A stretch of DNA of 63,992 nucleotides, filler included, from a bacterium (GCA_040757115.1; 7 parts of 7 records of this genome joined end to end with filler, not necessarily neighbours in it); one strand, 5' to 3'. Counted from the whole stretch's first letter, positions 47,841 to 57,066 are shown. Notes: a model not told the origin generated them from the sequence alone. Numbers and translations are program-made.

Positions 47841-47936
47841 CAAAATGCAAAAAGCAAATATAAAAATTACATATCAAAATGTAAAATTATCTCTTTCCTT
47901 TCAGCGTTAAAATACTTGAAGCAAAGATATTACCAA
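47841..47936 (-). repeat. Four-helix-bundle 3' end and repeat arm at contig end
   Basis: Reads identical to 29505-29600. Confidence 0.7.
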
Positions 47937-48036
47937 NNNNNNNNNNNNNNNNNNNNNNNNNNNNNNNNNNNNNNNNNNNNTTAATTAATTAANNNNNNNN
48001 NNNNNNNNNNNNNNNNNNNNNNNNNNNNNNNNNNNN
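47937..48036. other. Artificial contig linker
   Basis: N-runs flanking TTAATTAATTAA. Confidence 0.97.
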
Positions 48037-48189
48037 TCTTTGCGTTCTTTGCGGTTGATTTCTTTGCGTTCTTTGCGGTTAAAAAAGGATAAACCACTTA
48101 ATCTTAAAAAAACTTGAATATCGAGTTATACAAAGGTGTCTATCAAAGCAGACACCTTTTATTTTGGATAAACAAAAAGGAGAATTTGA

Positions 48190-49515
48190 ATGCGAAAACT
48201 AATTATCATTTCTTTATTGCTATTATTTCCTGTTCACTTATTGGCTAATAATACAGGATTAGAGATGTTTATGGGACTTCAGGCAAAAATCATTGAGGTG
48301 TCAAATGAAATAAAACCTGTGGTTGTCCATATCGAGGCCGTCCAGAAAAAAGGTGGGGCTAAACGAAGGGTTTTAGGCTCCGGGGTATTATTAGACCGTG
48401 AAGGGTATATCGTTACGACTGAACATTTGATTAGTGAGGCTGATGAAGCAAGGGTAACAATGCTAAATGATGTTACAAAATACAGGGCAAAGATAATCGG
48501 AATAGATAAATTAACCGATTTAGCCTTGCTAAAGATAGAACATCAGCAGGAACTAAAATATCCTGTGCTTGGGGATTCAGATACAACTTGCGTCGGCGAA
48601 TGGGTAATTGCCATTGGTAATCCTTATGGATTGGATGGAACAGTGTATCTTGGCATAATTAGCGCTAAGGGAAGAGACATTGAATCCGAAGGTGAAATAA
48701 TAAATGAATTTCTGCAGACAGATACCTCAATCGACCCGGGGAGTAGCGGTGGACCTCTGGTAAATTTAAAAGGTGAGGTCATCGGAATAAATAGTGGTGG
48801 GGCAGGGAGAGGCATTAGTTTTACTATTCCTATCACCGTGGTTAAAAAGGTCATAAATAAATTAAAAACTCAAGGGGAAATCGAGCGGGGCTGGATAGGT
48901 GTCTCAATCCAGGAATTTAATCGGGATATAGCCCAACAATTTGGCTTGCCCGAAGTTACCGGCGTAATAATAAATGGTGTGTTCGAAAACTCTCCTGCGG
49001 CGGAAAGTGGACTTAAACCACTTGATATTATCACTGAATTTGATGGCAAAAAGGTTAAGGCAGAGAAACCCGAAGCGGTAAATGAACTCATCCGAATAGT
49101 GGGAGACTCAAAAATCGGTCAAGAAGTCCAGATGAAGATAATCAGAGATAAACAACCACTCAGCCTTACTTTAAAAATCGCCAAACAGCCAAAGATAAAA
49201 GCTGATGAATTAGAAACAGACTTTGGTTTTGCGGTTAAGGAAATAACTGACTATATCTATCGGAATTACAAATTAGATTCAAAAGATGGGGTCTTTGTCT
49301 CAGAGGTAAAATGGGACACCTGTGCCTCTGATGCACAACTCTATGAAAAGGACATTATTATTAAGATTAATGATATGGAAATAAAAGATATTAAAGATTT
49401 TAAAAAAACTATCGAGACGGTTAAGGATAATAATAGGATTTTACTTCAGGTAAAAAGACAAAAGGATTTAATCCTTATTCTTCTGAAGACAGGGGAGTTC
49501 AAAAAAAAGTGGTAA
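48190..49515 (+). CDS. HtrA/DegP serine protease with two PDZ domains
   Basis: Signal peptide; TTEHL, TDLALLK, IDPGSSGGPL triad; RGWIGV PDZ start. Confidence 0.92.
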   Translation: MRKLIIISLLLLFPVHLLANNTGLEMFMGLQAKIIEVSNEIKPVVVHIEAVQKKGGAKRRVLGSGVLLDREGYIVTTEHLISEADEARVTMLNDVTKYRAKIIGIDKLTDLALLKIEHQQELKYPVLGDSDTTCVGEWVIAIGNPYGLDGTVYLGIISAKGRDIESEGEIINEFLQTDTSIDPGSSGGPLVNLKGEVIGINSGGAGRGISFTIPITVVKKVINKLKTQGEIERGWIGVSIQEFNRDIAQQFGLPEVTGVIINGVFENSPAAESGLKPLDIITEFDGKKVKAEKPEAVNELIRIVGDSKIGQEVQMKIIRDKQPLSLTLKIAKQPKIKADELETDFGFAVKEITDYIYRNYKLDSKDGVFVSEVKWDTCASDAQLYEKDIIIKINDMEIKDIKDFKKTIETVKDNNRILLQVKRQKDLILILLKTGEFKKKW

Positions 49516-49516
49516 G

Positions 49517-49876
49517 ATGAATTTAGATAAGATTATCATTTCAGGAATAGTTTTTTATGGCTATCATGGTGTAACTGAGATTGAGCAAGAGTTGGGGCAA
49601 AAATTCTTAGTCGATGTAGAACTACATTTAGATTTAAAGTCAGTCCAACACCTTGAAGATACGGTTGATTACAAAGAAATTTATAATTTGGTGAAAAGCA
49701 TTGAACAAAAGAAAAAATATCGGCTAATTGAATCTTTAGCCACAGACATTGCTCAGGCAATTTTAGACAAAACCAGAGCAATTGAAGTCATTGTTCGGGT
49801 AAAAAAACCTCAAGTCCCTATTGCGGGCGTAGTAGATTATGTCGCGGCTGAGATTATCAGAAGGAAAAATGAGTAA
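49517..49876 (+). CDS. folB: Dihydroneopterin aldolase
   Basis: FYGYHGV..E..LGQKF.VD, DTVDY, LIE, VKKP. Confidence 0.93.
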   Translation: MNLDKIIISGIVFYGYHGVTEIEQELGQKFLVDVELHLDLKSVQHLEDTVDYKEIYNLVKSIEQKKKYRLIESLATDIAQAILDKTRAIEVIVRVKKPQVPIAGVVDYVAAEIIRRKNE

Positions 49877-50408
49877 AGTTTATATCTCTCTTGGCTCAAA
49901 TTTAGGCGATAGAGAAAAAAATATTAAAGAGGCAATAAAACTCATTAATAGGCGGATAAAGGTGATTAAAACCTCACCAATTTATGAAACAGAACCTGTC
50001 GGATTTAAAGAACAGGATTGGTTTTTAAATTTAGTCGCCGAACTAAAAACCAGACTTTCACCTCAAGAATTATTGGCTATTTTAAAACAAATCGAGGGAA
50101 AACTCGGTAAGAAAATAGAAAGGAAATGGGGTCCCCGAACCATTGATTTAGATATATTGCTTTATGATGATATTATTTTAGATTTACCCGATTTACAAAT
50201 ACCTCATAAATTAATGCACACACGGACATTTGTTTTAATTCCATTATCTCAAATCGCCCCAGACATCAAACATCCAGTCTTGAATAAAACAATAAAAGAA
50301 TTATTAGATGAAGGGAATGACAAAAAATGTATGAAAGATAGCGTCAAGTTTTACGCAGAAGAAGTAGGTTTGAAGAATATCGAGAATATCAAAAGGACAA
50401 GAAAGTGA
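49869..50408 (+). CDS. folK: 6-hydroxymethyl-7,8-dihydropterin diphosphokinase
   Basis: YISLGSNLGD, YETEP, WGPRTIDLDIL, IPH...RTFVL; start at ATG 49869. Confidence 0.94.
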   Translation: MSKVYISLGSNLGDREKNIKEAIKLINRRIKVIKTSPIYETEPVGFKEQDWFLNLVAELKTRLSPQELLAILKQIEGKLGKKIERKWGPRTIDLDILLYDDIILDLPDLQIPHKLMHTRTFVLIPLSQIAPDIKHPVLNKTIKELLDEGNDKKCMKDSVKFYAEEVGLKNIENIKRTRK

Positions 50409-50471
50409 TGAAAAATAATAGCCCTCTTCATCCAATATTAAAAGCAGGAGGTAGTAGATAGTAGGTGGGGT

Positions 50472-51590
50472 ATGGGAGAAAATAAAGAGATATCTACAAG
50501 AAATTACAGTAGTCTGCTTGAAAGAATTGCTGAAATTCTCACTCAGGCAAGGACTAAGGCATTTAGAGAAATAAACAGAGCCCAGGTTTTAGCTTACTGG
50601 GGAATTGGCAGAGAGATTGTGGAGTTTGAGCAGAAAGGCAAGGCACGGGCAGAGTATGGAGAGGAACTACTCAAAAAACTTTCGGCAGACATGACTGCCA
50701 AATTTGGAAGAGGGTTCTCAGAAAGGAACTTAAGGAACATCAGAACTTTTTATCTCAATTTTCCAATTTGGCAGACACTGTCTGCCAAATCTTCTGAAAG
50801 ACAAAAAACGCAGACACCGTCTGGAAAATCTATAATTCGCCAGACACCGTCTGGAAAATTTGAACCAATGTTATCTTGGTCGCAGTATTGCGAACTATTG
50901 AAGGTAGAAGAGCCCCTTGCCCGTTCTTTTTACGAACAAGAATCCATTCAAAACAACTGGTCTGTCCGAGAACTGAAAAGGCAGATCGGCTCAATGCTAT
51001 TTGAACGACTGGCTTTAAGCAAAGATACCAAAGCAGTAATGAAAATAGCAGAGAAAGGACAGATAGTAGAGAAACCAGAAGATGCTATTAAAGATCCATA
51101 CATTCTGGAGTTCCTTAATCTCAAAGAAGAGACATCTTATACTGAAAGTCAGTTAGAACAAGCCTTGATTGATAATCTTCAACACTTTTTATTAGAACTT
51201 GGTAAAGGGTTTGCTTTCGTCGCCCGTCAAAAAAGAATTACCATTGCTAATCGTCATTATCACATAGATTTAGTTTTTTATAACAGACTGTTAAAGTGTT
51301 TGGTTCTGATAGATTTAAAAACAGATGAACTTGACCACGCTGACATAGGTCAGATGAATTTTTATCTGAACTATATCAAAGATAATGAGAAAGTTGAAGG
51401 AGAGAATGACCCTGTAGGGCTTATCCTCTGTGCGAAGAAAGATGATATTTTTGCTAAATATGTCTTAGGTGGCTTGAGCAATAAGGTCTTTGCTTCAAAA
51501 TACAAATTAGCATTGCCATCAGAAAAGGAGTTGAGAGAAAAACTGAAATCGCTGCCATTGTTGCAGGGTAAAAGTGAGAGGAAAGAGTAA
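50472..51590 (+). CDS. YhcG/DUF1016 PD-(D/E)XK nuclease domain protein
   Basis: YWGIGREI, LSWSQY, KDPYILEFL, LLELGKGF, GQMNFY. Confidence 0.92.
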   Translation: MGENKEISTRNYSSLLERIAEILTQARTKAFREINRAQVLAYWGIGREIVEFEQKGKARAEYGEELLKKLSADMTAKFGRGFSERNLRNIRTFYLNFPIWQTLSAKSSERQKTQTPSGKSIIRQTPSGKFEPMLSWSQYCELLKVEEPLARSFYEQESIQNNWSVRELKRQIGSMLFERLALSKDTKAVMKIAEKGQIVEKPEDAIKDPYILEFLNLKEETSYTESQLEQALIDNLQHFLLELGKGFAFVARQKRITIANRHYHIDLVFYNRLLKCLVLIDLKTDELDHADIGQMNFYLNYIKDNEKVEGENDPVGLILCAKKDDIFAKYVLGGLSNKVFASKYKLALPSEKELREKLKSLPLLQGKSERKE

Positions 51591-51592
51591 TT

Positions 51593-52741
51593 ATGGAAGA
51601 TAGAGATACTGCAAAAAACAAAGAACATTATCAAATATCTTTTCTACCTTGGGCTGGATTGAAAGGAGAGATAAAAATCGGACCTATTACATTTTGGTCA
51701 TTTAACTTACATGCTAAAGATAAAATTCCAGATCAAGAAATGTTAAATCATCTGACTAAGTATTTTGGTTGCTATATTGATCATCAAGGAAGACCCGTTG
51801 ATACAATAACAATTTGCTCTCATGGAAATATAGACTTTCGATGTCTTACAAATGATCAGTGTACCGATTTGCGCAGCGCAGTTGACATACTTATTTTTTG
51901 TACAATTGCACCACAAATAAAAAGGGCTGTATGTGCCAACAATAGGACTATAGGACCTCCCAGTGCAGAGGTTTTTCAGTTGGTAACACAAAATTTTAAA
52001 CCGGGGAATGACCATATCGCTGTGCGTTCTGGTAGTCTCCTTAGCGCTGGTTGGAAAATAGGAGAGATCAGTTTTCCAGAACCTTGGTCTACAGGAGGTT
52101 CTTTTGGAACTCCTGACACTGAACTCATTGATGGGTTTAACAAAGTATTTGCCCCTTTGTTTGCTCAAGATATGCGTGAACGGTTATTCAGAAGTTTAGA
52201 GTGGTTCCGATTGGCTCATGTGGAGAGTGATGAAGTATCACTGTTATCTAAAGTTGTTATGATGGCAACAGCGTTTGAGATACTTCTTCAATTTCCCAAG
52301 GAAGGCAAGCGTAGACATTTCGTAAATTATATGGAAAATAATATCGCATCAGATAGTTTCAATAAGGACAATCGAATCACGGACAGAGGGAAAACTTTTT
52401 CGTTGAGCCTTGCAGGATGCTGGGCTTGGGATTTCTACGAGTTAAGGAGTACCATCGTGCACGGTGATCACATTAACTCAGAACAACTTAAATATGAGAC
52501 ACGCGATAAAAATTGGCTTACACATCTCATCGTTGCTGATTTAGTCTTTTGGGAGTGTATTAAACGAGAATTGTTTAATCAAAAATGTATTGGTGACAAT
52601 GTGCGAGAATGTGCAAAGGAATTTGATAAAGCCTTTCCCAATGAACCAGAAGGGACTTCTGAAGAGCCACTAGCAAGGTGGTTTTTGGGGTTTAGTGATA
52701 TGCATAGTGCTCTTGGTTGGGAAAAGGAGAAAGTTAAATGA
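51593..52741 (+). CDS. Hypothetical protein with C-terminal HEPN-like RX4H motif
   Basis: ATAFEILL...FYELRSTIVHG. Confidence 0.55.
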   Translation: MEDRDTAKNKEHYQISFLPWAGLKGEIKIGPITFWSFNLHAKDKIPDQEMLNHLTKYFGCYIDHQGRPVDTITICSHGNIDFRCLTNDQCTDLRSAVDILIFCTIAPQIKRAVCANNRTIGPPSAEVFQLVTQNFKPGNDHIAVRSGSLLSAGWKIGEISFPEPWSTGGSFGTPDTELIDGFNKVFAPLFAQDMRERLFRSLEWFRLAHVESDEVSLLSKVVMMATAFEILLQFPKEGKRRHFVNYMENNIASDSFNKDNRITDRGKTFSLSLAGCWAWDFYELRSTIVHGDHINSEQLKYETRDKNWLTHLIVADLVFWECIKRELFNQKCIGDNVRECAKEFDKAFPNEPEGTSEEPLARWFLGFSDMHSALGWEKEKVK

Positions 52742-52945
52742 GTTTATATTGCAAGCGCTTAATTGAAGTTGATTCGCCGATAAAGAAGATTTCAGAACAT
52801 CCAAGGCGTGACCAGAATGTGAAGAAGGGGCATTTACATTCTATGCATGTATGGGTGGGCAACCCGTCCTCTTGCCTCTTGTAGGGCAGTAATAATGGGT
52901 GCCTTATTACCGGACCCTGTAGATTCAAATTGCTCAGAAAATTTT
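52738..52945 (+). pseudogene. DUF1156 adenine DNA methylase, N-terminal remnant
   Basis: KRLIEVD.PIKKISEH...GHLHSMHVW / WATRPLASCRAV...LLPDP with one frameshift; cut by an insertion. Confidence 0.8.
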
Positions 52946-53470
52946 CGACCTGTGCGGTTAGAAATTATCAAGGGCAATGGGATAAGAAGTATGTGTGAAA
53001 GCTGACAAATCTAACCATTACGCATACAATAAGGAATTTCAACCATTCGCAAATAAGCTACGCAAAGAAATGACTAAAGCTTAAGGCATGTTTATGGAAG
53101 TTTGTTTTAAAAGCAAGACAAATGAAGGGTTATCACTTCAGGAGGCAACGACCTGTATTGAATTATATCGTGGATTTTATGTGTAAAGAATTAAAGTTAG
53201 TCATTGAAGTAGATGGATTGACTCATCACAATGAGAAGACAGTGGAGAAGGATAAGAGGTAGGAGAAGGATTTAATAGAAGCAGGATTTATAGAGTATTG
53301 AGATTTGCGGATGATGAGGTATTAAATCACATAGAAGATGTGACAAGAAATATTGAAATGGTGATTGAAGAGGTTTCCACCCCCTTAATCCCCCGCCAGC
53401 GGGGGAGATTTTAGCTTCCATCAGTGGGGGGAACTCAAATTGACAGTTTATAACCTAACCGCATAGGTTG
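52946..53470. mobile_element. 525-bp TIR element carrying a DUF559 pseudogene
   Basis: CGACCTGTGCGGTTAG / CTAACCGCATAGGTTG TIR (14/16); flanks GAAAATTTT / AAAAATTTT. Confidence 0.72.
52996..53380 (+). pseudogene. DUF559 (Vsr-like) endonuclease, decayed
   Basis: YNK...LRKEMTKA, LWK..L, FRRQRPVLNYIVDF, LVIEVDG, VLRF; stop and frameshifts; CCCCCGCCAGCGGGGG hairpin follows. Confidence 0.8.
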
Positions 53471-53499
53471 AAAAATTTTGGATTTTAGATGAGGGAATT

Positions 53500-53715
53500 A
53501 TGAAACTTGAAAAAAGAAATATTGAAGTTTTAGATGAATTAATGGTTGAAGTGTTAAGAAAAAAAACTCCCCAACAAAGACTAATTATTGCATTTAATTT
53601 ATGGGATTCTGCAAAGAAACAATTAACAAACTATCTATCTTCTTTGCATCCCGACTGGGATAAGGAAAAAGTTCAACAGGAAGTAGTCAGGAGATTATCC
53701 TATGGAACAATATGA
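53500..53715 (+). CDS. Small hypothetical protein (probable partner of a nucleotidyltransferase)
   Basis: LRKKTPQQRL...HPDW...EVVRR; RBS present; overlaps the next gene start. Confidence 0.6.
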   Translation: MKLEKRNIEVLDELMVEVLRKKTPQQRLIIAFNLWDSAKKQLTNYLSSLHPDWDKEKVQQEVVRRLSYGTI

Positions 53716-53766
53716 CTTGCTTAAACATCTGGTTCAGAGTTTTGAATCACTTGGGATTCAATATCT
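53702..53766 (+). pseudogene. Nucleotidyltransferase-like N-terminus interrupted by a MITE
   Basis: MEQYDLLKHLVQSFESLGIQY then GTAACC element end. Confidence 0.45.
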
Positions 53767-53889
53767 GTAACCGTTCAGGCTATATATCAAAAGTGTAAGA
53801 AAGGGGATAAGGAGATAAGAGTGATATGGAGATAAGATAATAGAAATAGATTGAAATTTATAGAAATAGGTAGAAATTGATTGTGGAAA
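53767..53889. mobile_element. GTAAC/GTAAG MITE, one end, at contig break
   Basis: GTAACCGTTCAGG; distal part is the reverse complement of ~35670-35744. Confidence 0.78.
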
Positions 53890-53989
53890 NNNNNNNNNNN
53901 NNNNNNNNNNNNNNNNNNNNNNNNNNNNNNNNNTTAATTAATTAANNNNNNNNNNNNNNNNNNNNNNNNNNNNNNNNNNNNNNNNNNNN
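53890..53989. other. Artificial contig linker
   Basis: N-runs flanking TTAATTAATTAA. Confidence 0.97.
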
Positions 53990-54113
53990 ATTGTGGAAAA
54001 CAACAAATTTCCATAAATTTCTATTAGTTTCTATTAATTTCAATTTTTTTAATAATATCTCCCTATCTCCTTAATCTCCACATCTCCTTTTGTTACACCA
54101 CCTGAACGCTTAC
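53990..54113. mobile_element. GTAAC/GTAAG MITE, other end, inserted in an attC site
   Basis: Ends CCACCTGAACGCTTAC; reverse complement of 35556-~35680. Confidence 0.8.
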
Positions 54114-54175
54114 GATACTACAAAACTTTCAATTACGGCACAGCCCCCGCCGTCCGCTGCAACGATTGGTTAGGA
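54114..54175 (-). other. attC 5' half, interrupted
   Basis: Minus strand TCCTAAC..GTTGCAGCGGACGGCGGGGG..GAAAGTTTTGTAGTATC matches the first half of 63742-63874. Confidence 0.7.
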
Positions 54176-54264
54176 AAAAGTTCCACTTCACCGTCTTTTT
54201 CTTCTTATTTCTCTATTCCATAATTAATGTCTGCCCCAATCCTTATGCAATTGTTGAGCAATCA

Positions 54265-54540
54265 CTACCTCTTGAATAAATCTGAGTGAGTACCTGTCCG
54301 CTCAAAAACAATTGTATTTCCTTGAATCTTGTATATCAACAACCAATCCGATTCTATGTGGCACTCTCGCCGATCCTCATAATCTCCGATAAGTTTGTGG
54401 TCTCGGTGTATCGGATCCAATCGTTCACCGTCAAGCAGACACAGGACAATCATTTTTAATTTCTCCATGTTCTTTCGGCGATTCTGGGTAAGTTTAATAT
54501 CTTTGGAGAACTGCTTCGTGTAGACAGGCGTATACATCAT
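54265..54540 (-). CDS. yafQ: YafQ-family mRNA interferase toxin
   Basis: DHKLIG, RECHIESDWLLIY, RTGTHSDLF. Confidence 0.92.
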   Translation of the reverse strand: MMYTPVYTKQFSKDIKLTQNRRKNMEKLKMIVLCLLDGERLDPIHRDHKLIGDYEDRRECHIESDWLLIYKIQGNTIVFERTGTHSDLFKR

Positions 54541-54800
54541 ATCCCCAATTTCCGGAACATATCTTTTGCATCTTTACAGAGAATTACATCACGCCCGGCA
54601 TCTGTTGCCTCAAACGTCCTTTGCGTTGTCTTGTTTGGAATCGCAACGTCAAAGGGCAGTCCTTTTCGAAGAACCACCTGCTTGTAGAAGATGGCTATCG
54701 CCTGAGTTGTTGAAACACCAAGACGGCGGAAGATGCTTTCGGCGTGTTCCTTTAGATCAGATTCTACTCTAGCATGGATGACAGCGTTCTTGCTCATCAT
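54537..54800 (-). CDS. dinJ: RelB/DinJ antitoxin
   Basis: IHARVESDLK..AE.IF..LG, GLPFDV, PNKTT. Confidence 0.88.
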   Translation of the reverse strand: MMSKNAVIHARVESDLKEHAESIFRRLGVSTTQAIAIFYKQVVLRKGLPFDVAIPNKTTQRTFEATDAGRDVILCKDAKDMFRKLGI

Positions 54801-55026
54801 ATTTACTCCTTTTCAACTTATTGTAAATCTTCTCTCCTACACATTCTTTAGCATATTTGCACCATTGTAAGCAGGATTGGATGTCATTATAAACAATAAA
54901 TCCACACTTACATCTTACCATTGTCTCATTGGAGAATATTTCAACTTCCTCTTTGCAGTCTGGACACTCCTTTATTTTCAGCGTAGGGGTTGAAATATTA
55001 GCTAAACCCGGGCATTTATCAAACAT
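54769..55026 (-). CDS. Small Cys-rich zinc-ribbon protein
   Basis: CPG, CPDC.EEVEIFS.E, CKCG, SCLQWCKYAKECVG. Confidence 0.7.
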   Translation of the reverse strand: MFDKCPGLANISTPTLKIKECPDCKEEVEIFSNETMVRCKCGFIVYNDIQSCLQWCKYAKECVGEKIYNKLKRSKYDEQERCHPC

Positions 55027-55723
55027 AAAACCTACAATCCCCTTTATTGCAATGTTTATTTCTTGAGCTATGTTCGCATTTTAGTAGAGATGATGGAATA
55101 TAACCCAGCTTTACCTTTAAAACCTCACGGAAGTATTGAATAGCCGTCTCAATGGCGATATATGTGCTTCGTTTACAACATCTTGCCCCACGATGATTGG
55201 CTATTGAAGCAAGCACACGAGAGGTCATTACATTGGCGATAATTCTTTCTGTATCAGAGAGAGGTGTTGCCTTCAGGATAATAGCTACAGCTATGCCACA
55301 GGCAATAGCAACACCATCTGTGCCATATAACCCACAATAGCCAGCAGGGATATTGCTTCCCCTTTTAATCGCTTCCTCTATCGCTTTCTCATCTACGCCA
55401 CCGGCTACATTTTTATATGCTGTAACAAGAATTCCAGCAATCATCGGATGATGTTCAGGACCGATCATATGAATTGAGGGATGTTTCATCAGGATATCTG
55501 CCATCTCAAGTGGATTGGTTGTTTTTGAAGAAAGACAGAATTGGGTAATTACCTCAAGAGCACCTCTTTTATGGCAATCCTCACAGACATAATGTCTTTC
55601 CTTACAAATAAAATAACCCTTTTCACTCTTTCTACAATAAGAGCAGGTAGCGGAAATTGCCTCAGTCAGATATTCCAGCTCTTTCCCACAAACGATACAT
55701 CCACTTTTCTTTTCTTGTTCCAT
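55019..55723 (-). CDS. DUF5714 Cys-rich protein
   Basis: CIVCG..L.Y, HYVCEDCH, GPEHH, GYCG, GARCCKR. Confidence 0.78.
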   Translation of the reverse strand: MEQEKKSGCIVCGKELEYLTEAISATCSYCRKSEKGYFICKERHYVCEDCHKRGALEVITQFCLSSKTTNPLEMADILMKHPSIHMIGPEHHPMIAGILVTAYKNVAGGVDEKAIEEAIKRGSNIPAGYCGLYGTDGVAIACGIAVAIILKATPLSDTERIIANVMTSRVLASIANHRGARCCKRSTYIAIETAIQYFREVLKVKLGYIPSSLLKCEHSSRNKHCNKGDCRFYV

Positions 55724-55728
55724 TTATC

Positions 55729-55803
55729 TTACCTCCTCAATCTTGAGATAAGCTCTATAATCTCATCTATCTTCTTCTTTTTTTCTATCTCAGATGAGCC
55801 TTT
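55729..55803 (-). pseudogene. CsoR/RcnR-like repressor, C-terminal remnant
   Basis: GSSEIEKKKKIDEIIELISRLRR*; its last codons supply the GGAGG RBS of the DUF5714 gene. Confidence 0.45.
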
Positions 55804-55823
55804 AGGAAAGAAGAGAAAGAAGA

Positions 55824-55883
55824 GGGTCACATCTTGTGAATTGGGAATTACCCCTCGTTAATTCACAATTCAAGATGTGCCCC
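55824..55883. repeat. REP-like hairpin GGGTCACATCTTG..CAAGATGTGCCCC
   Basis: Inverted repeat at the junction between the repressor remnant and a half attC. Confidence 0.55.
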
Positions 55884-55897
55884 TCATACCCGTGCTC

Positions 55898-55937
55898 GGC
55901 ACAGTCCCCCGCCGTCAACTGCAACGCAGGGTTAGAC
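55898..55937 (-). other. attC 5' half, truncated
   Basis: Minus strand GTCTAACCCTGCGTTGCAGTTGACGGCGGGGGACTGTGCC identical to 60026-60065. Confidence 0.7.
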
Positions 55938-56064
55938 AAAAGCTCTGATTCCCTGTCTTTTCCTTTTCCTCTGCCTCACCGAATTATTGTGCATCCCACA
56001 TTCACGATCTGACCTCCACTCCTCGCCTTCTGAGCAAGATGTCTTGCCCTTAAAAGCTTACCAT

Positions 56065-56460
56065 CTACAGCCAATTCTCAACTTTAAGTTCTTTTATTCT
56101 TTCATAATGCCTGAGATTATTTGTAACTAAAATCCAACTTCTGCTCAAAGCAACACTTGCATTTAGAAGGTCAAAGTCTTCTATCAGTCTTCCTTCTTTT
56201 CTCAAATTTGCCTTGTTTCTTCCATACTGGTCAATACTTTCTTCATTAAGATAGGCGATTTCTACTTTCTTCAAAAAATCGGACAATCTCTTGAGATTTT
56301 GCTCTACATATTTTGAAAAGTAGGCTCCATACTTTAGCTCTCCAATAGTGATTATTGAAACGGCTAAATTATCCTCTCCTACTTTTTTGACCCTTTCCTT
56401 TATTTTATCTATTCCCTTGAACCAATAAATACAGGTATCCGTATCTAAGAGATATTTCAT
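56065..56460 (-). CDS. vapC: VapC PIN-domain toxin
   Basis: YLLDTDTCI, ELKYGA, DFDLL, LVTNN. Confidence 0.92.
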   Translation of the reverse strand: MKYLLDTDTCIYWFKGIDKIKERVKKVGEDNLAVSIITIGELKYGAYFSKYVEQNLKRLSDFLKKVEIAYLNEESIDQYGRNKANLRKEGRLIEDFDLLNASVALSRSWILVTNNLRHYERIKELKVENWL

Positions 56461-56711
56461 AATCTTATCTCTCCTTTTGAAGACTTTCGAGTTTCATATA
56501 TATCCTTAACTATTTCCTCCTCATCCCGCTCATCTTTCCAACTCCCAAAAGAATCCCAGAATAGCTTGGTCTCTTCCGAAAGAGTTTTTTCTTTCTTTTC
56601 CTTTTCTATAATTATTATCTTTACCATATGGGATTTCAAGGACTTATATTCTTTTGGTAATGGGATTATACCATTTGGTAAAATTTTTGTTTCGAATTGG
56701 TATGTTTGCAT
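56457..56711 (-). CDS. Probable antitoxin of VapC
   Basis: ATGA-coupled upstream of vapC; FGSWKDER..EEIVKDIYE.R. Confidence 0.7.
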   Translation of the reverse strand: MQTYQFETKILPNGIIPLPKEYKSLKSHMVKIIIIEKEKKEKTLSEETKLFWDSFGSWKDERDEEEIVKDIYETRKSSKGEIRL

Positions 56712-56889
56712 TTTTTATCACCTCCTTAAAGAATCGGAATGTTCTGGGATAAAATTGAGCGTTAATTTTATTAGCCCTTTCTGGTAAACATCTTTAATTG
56801 CATTTTGATACCTCTGCTTTTGCCAGATAGATACCTAACCTTAGATTATCTTGCCTATTAGCAGTTTTATTTTACTTCAACCCAATATT

Positions 56890-57029
56890 TACGCAGATTT
56901 CACAGATTTCTCCGTTTCTCCCTTTCCCCCTTTCTCATCTGCCCTCTGCCCTCTGCCTTCTGCCCTCTCCCCTCTGCCTTCTGCTATTTATCCGTGCTAA
57001 TCCGTGTTAATCAGTGGCTGAATAGTTAC
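56890..57029. repeat. Mosaic of 7-9-nt arrays ending in a GTAAC element end
   Basis: TTTCTCC, CTGCCCT/CTGCCTT and ATCCGTG units, then GGCTGAATAGTTAC. Confidence 0.7.
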
Positions 57030-57066
57030 CTACTTCACAGGTTACAAACTTTTCGTGGTTCAATAG

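Noticed and set aside
48720-48760. HtrA active-site variant DPGSSGG instead of NPGNSGG
   Set aside because: Catalytic His, Asp and Ser are all present; the change alone does not support altered function.
50760-50865. Three QT(L/P)S(A/G)K repeats in YhcG
   Set aside because: A variable-copy linker motif typical of this family; not specific to this locus.
53767-54113. Apparent single MITE spanning the linker, suggesting the two contigs are truly adjacent
   Set aside because: The outer flanks CAATATCT and GATACTAC are not an 8-bp duplication and interrupt different targets (a gene vs an attC), so these are most likely separate copies.
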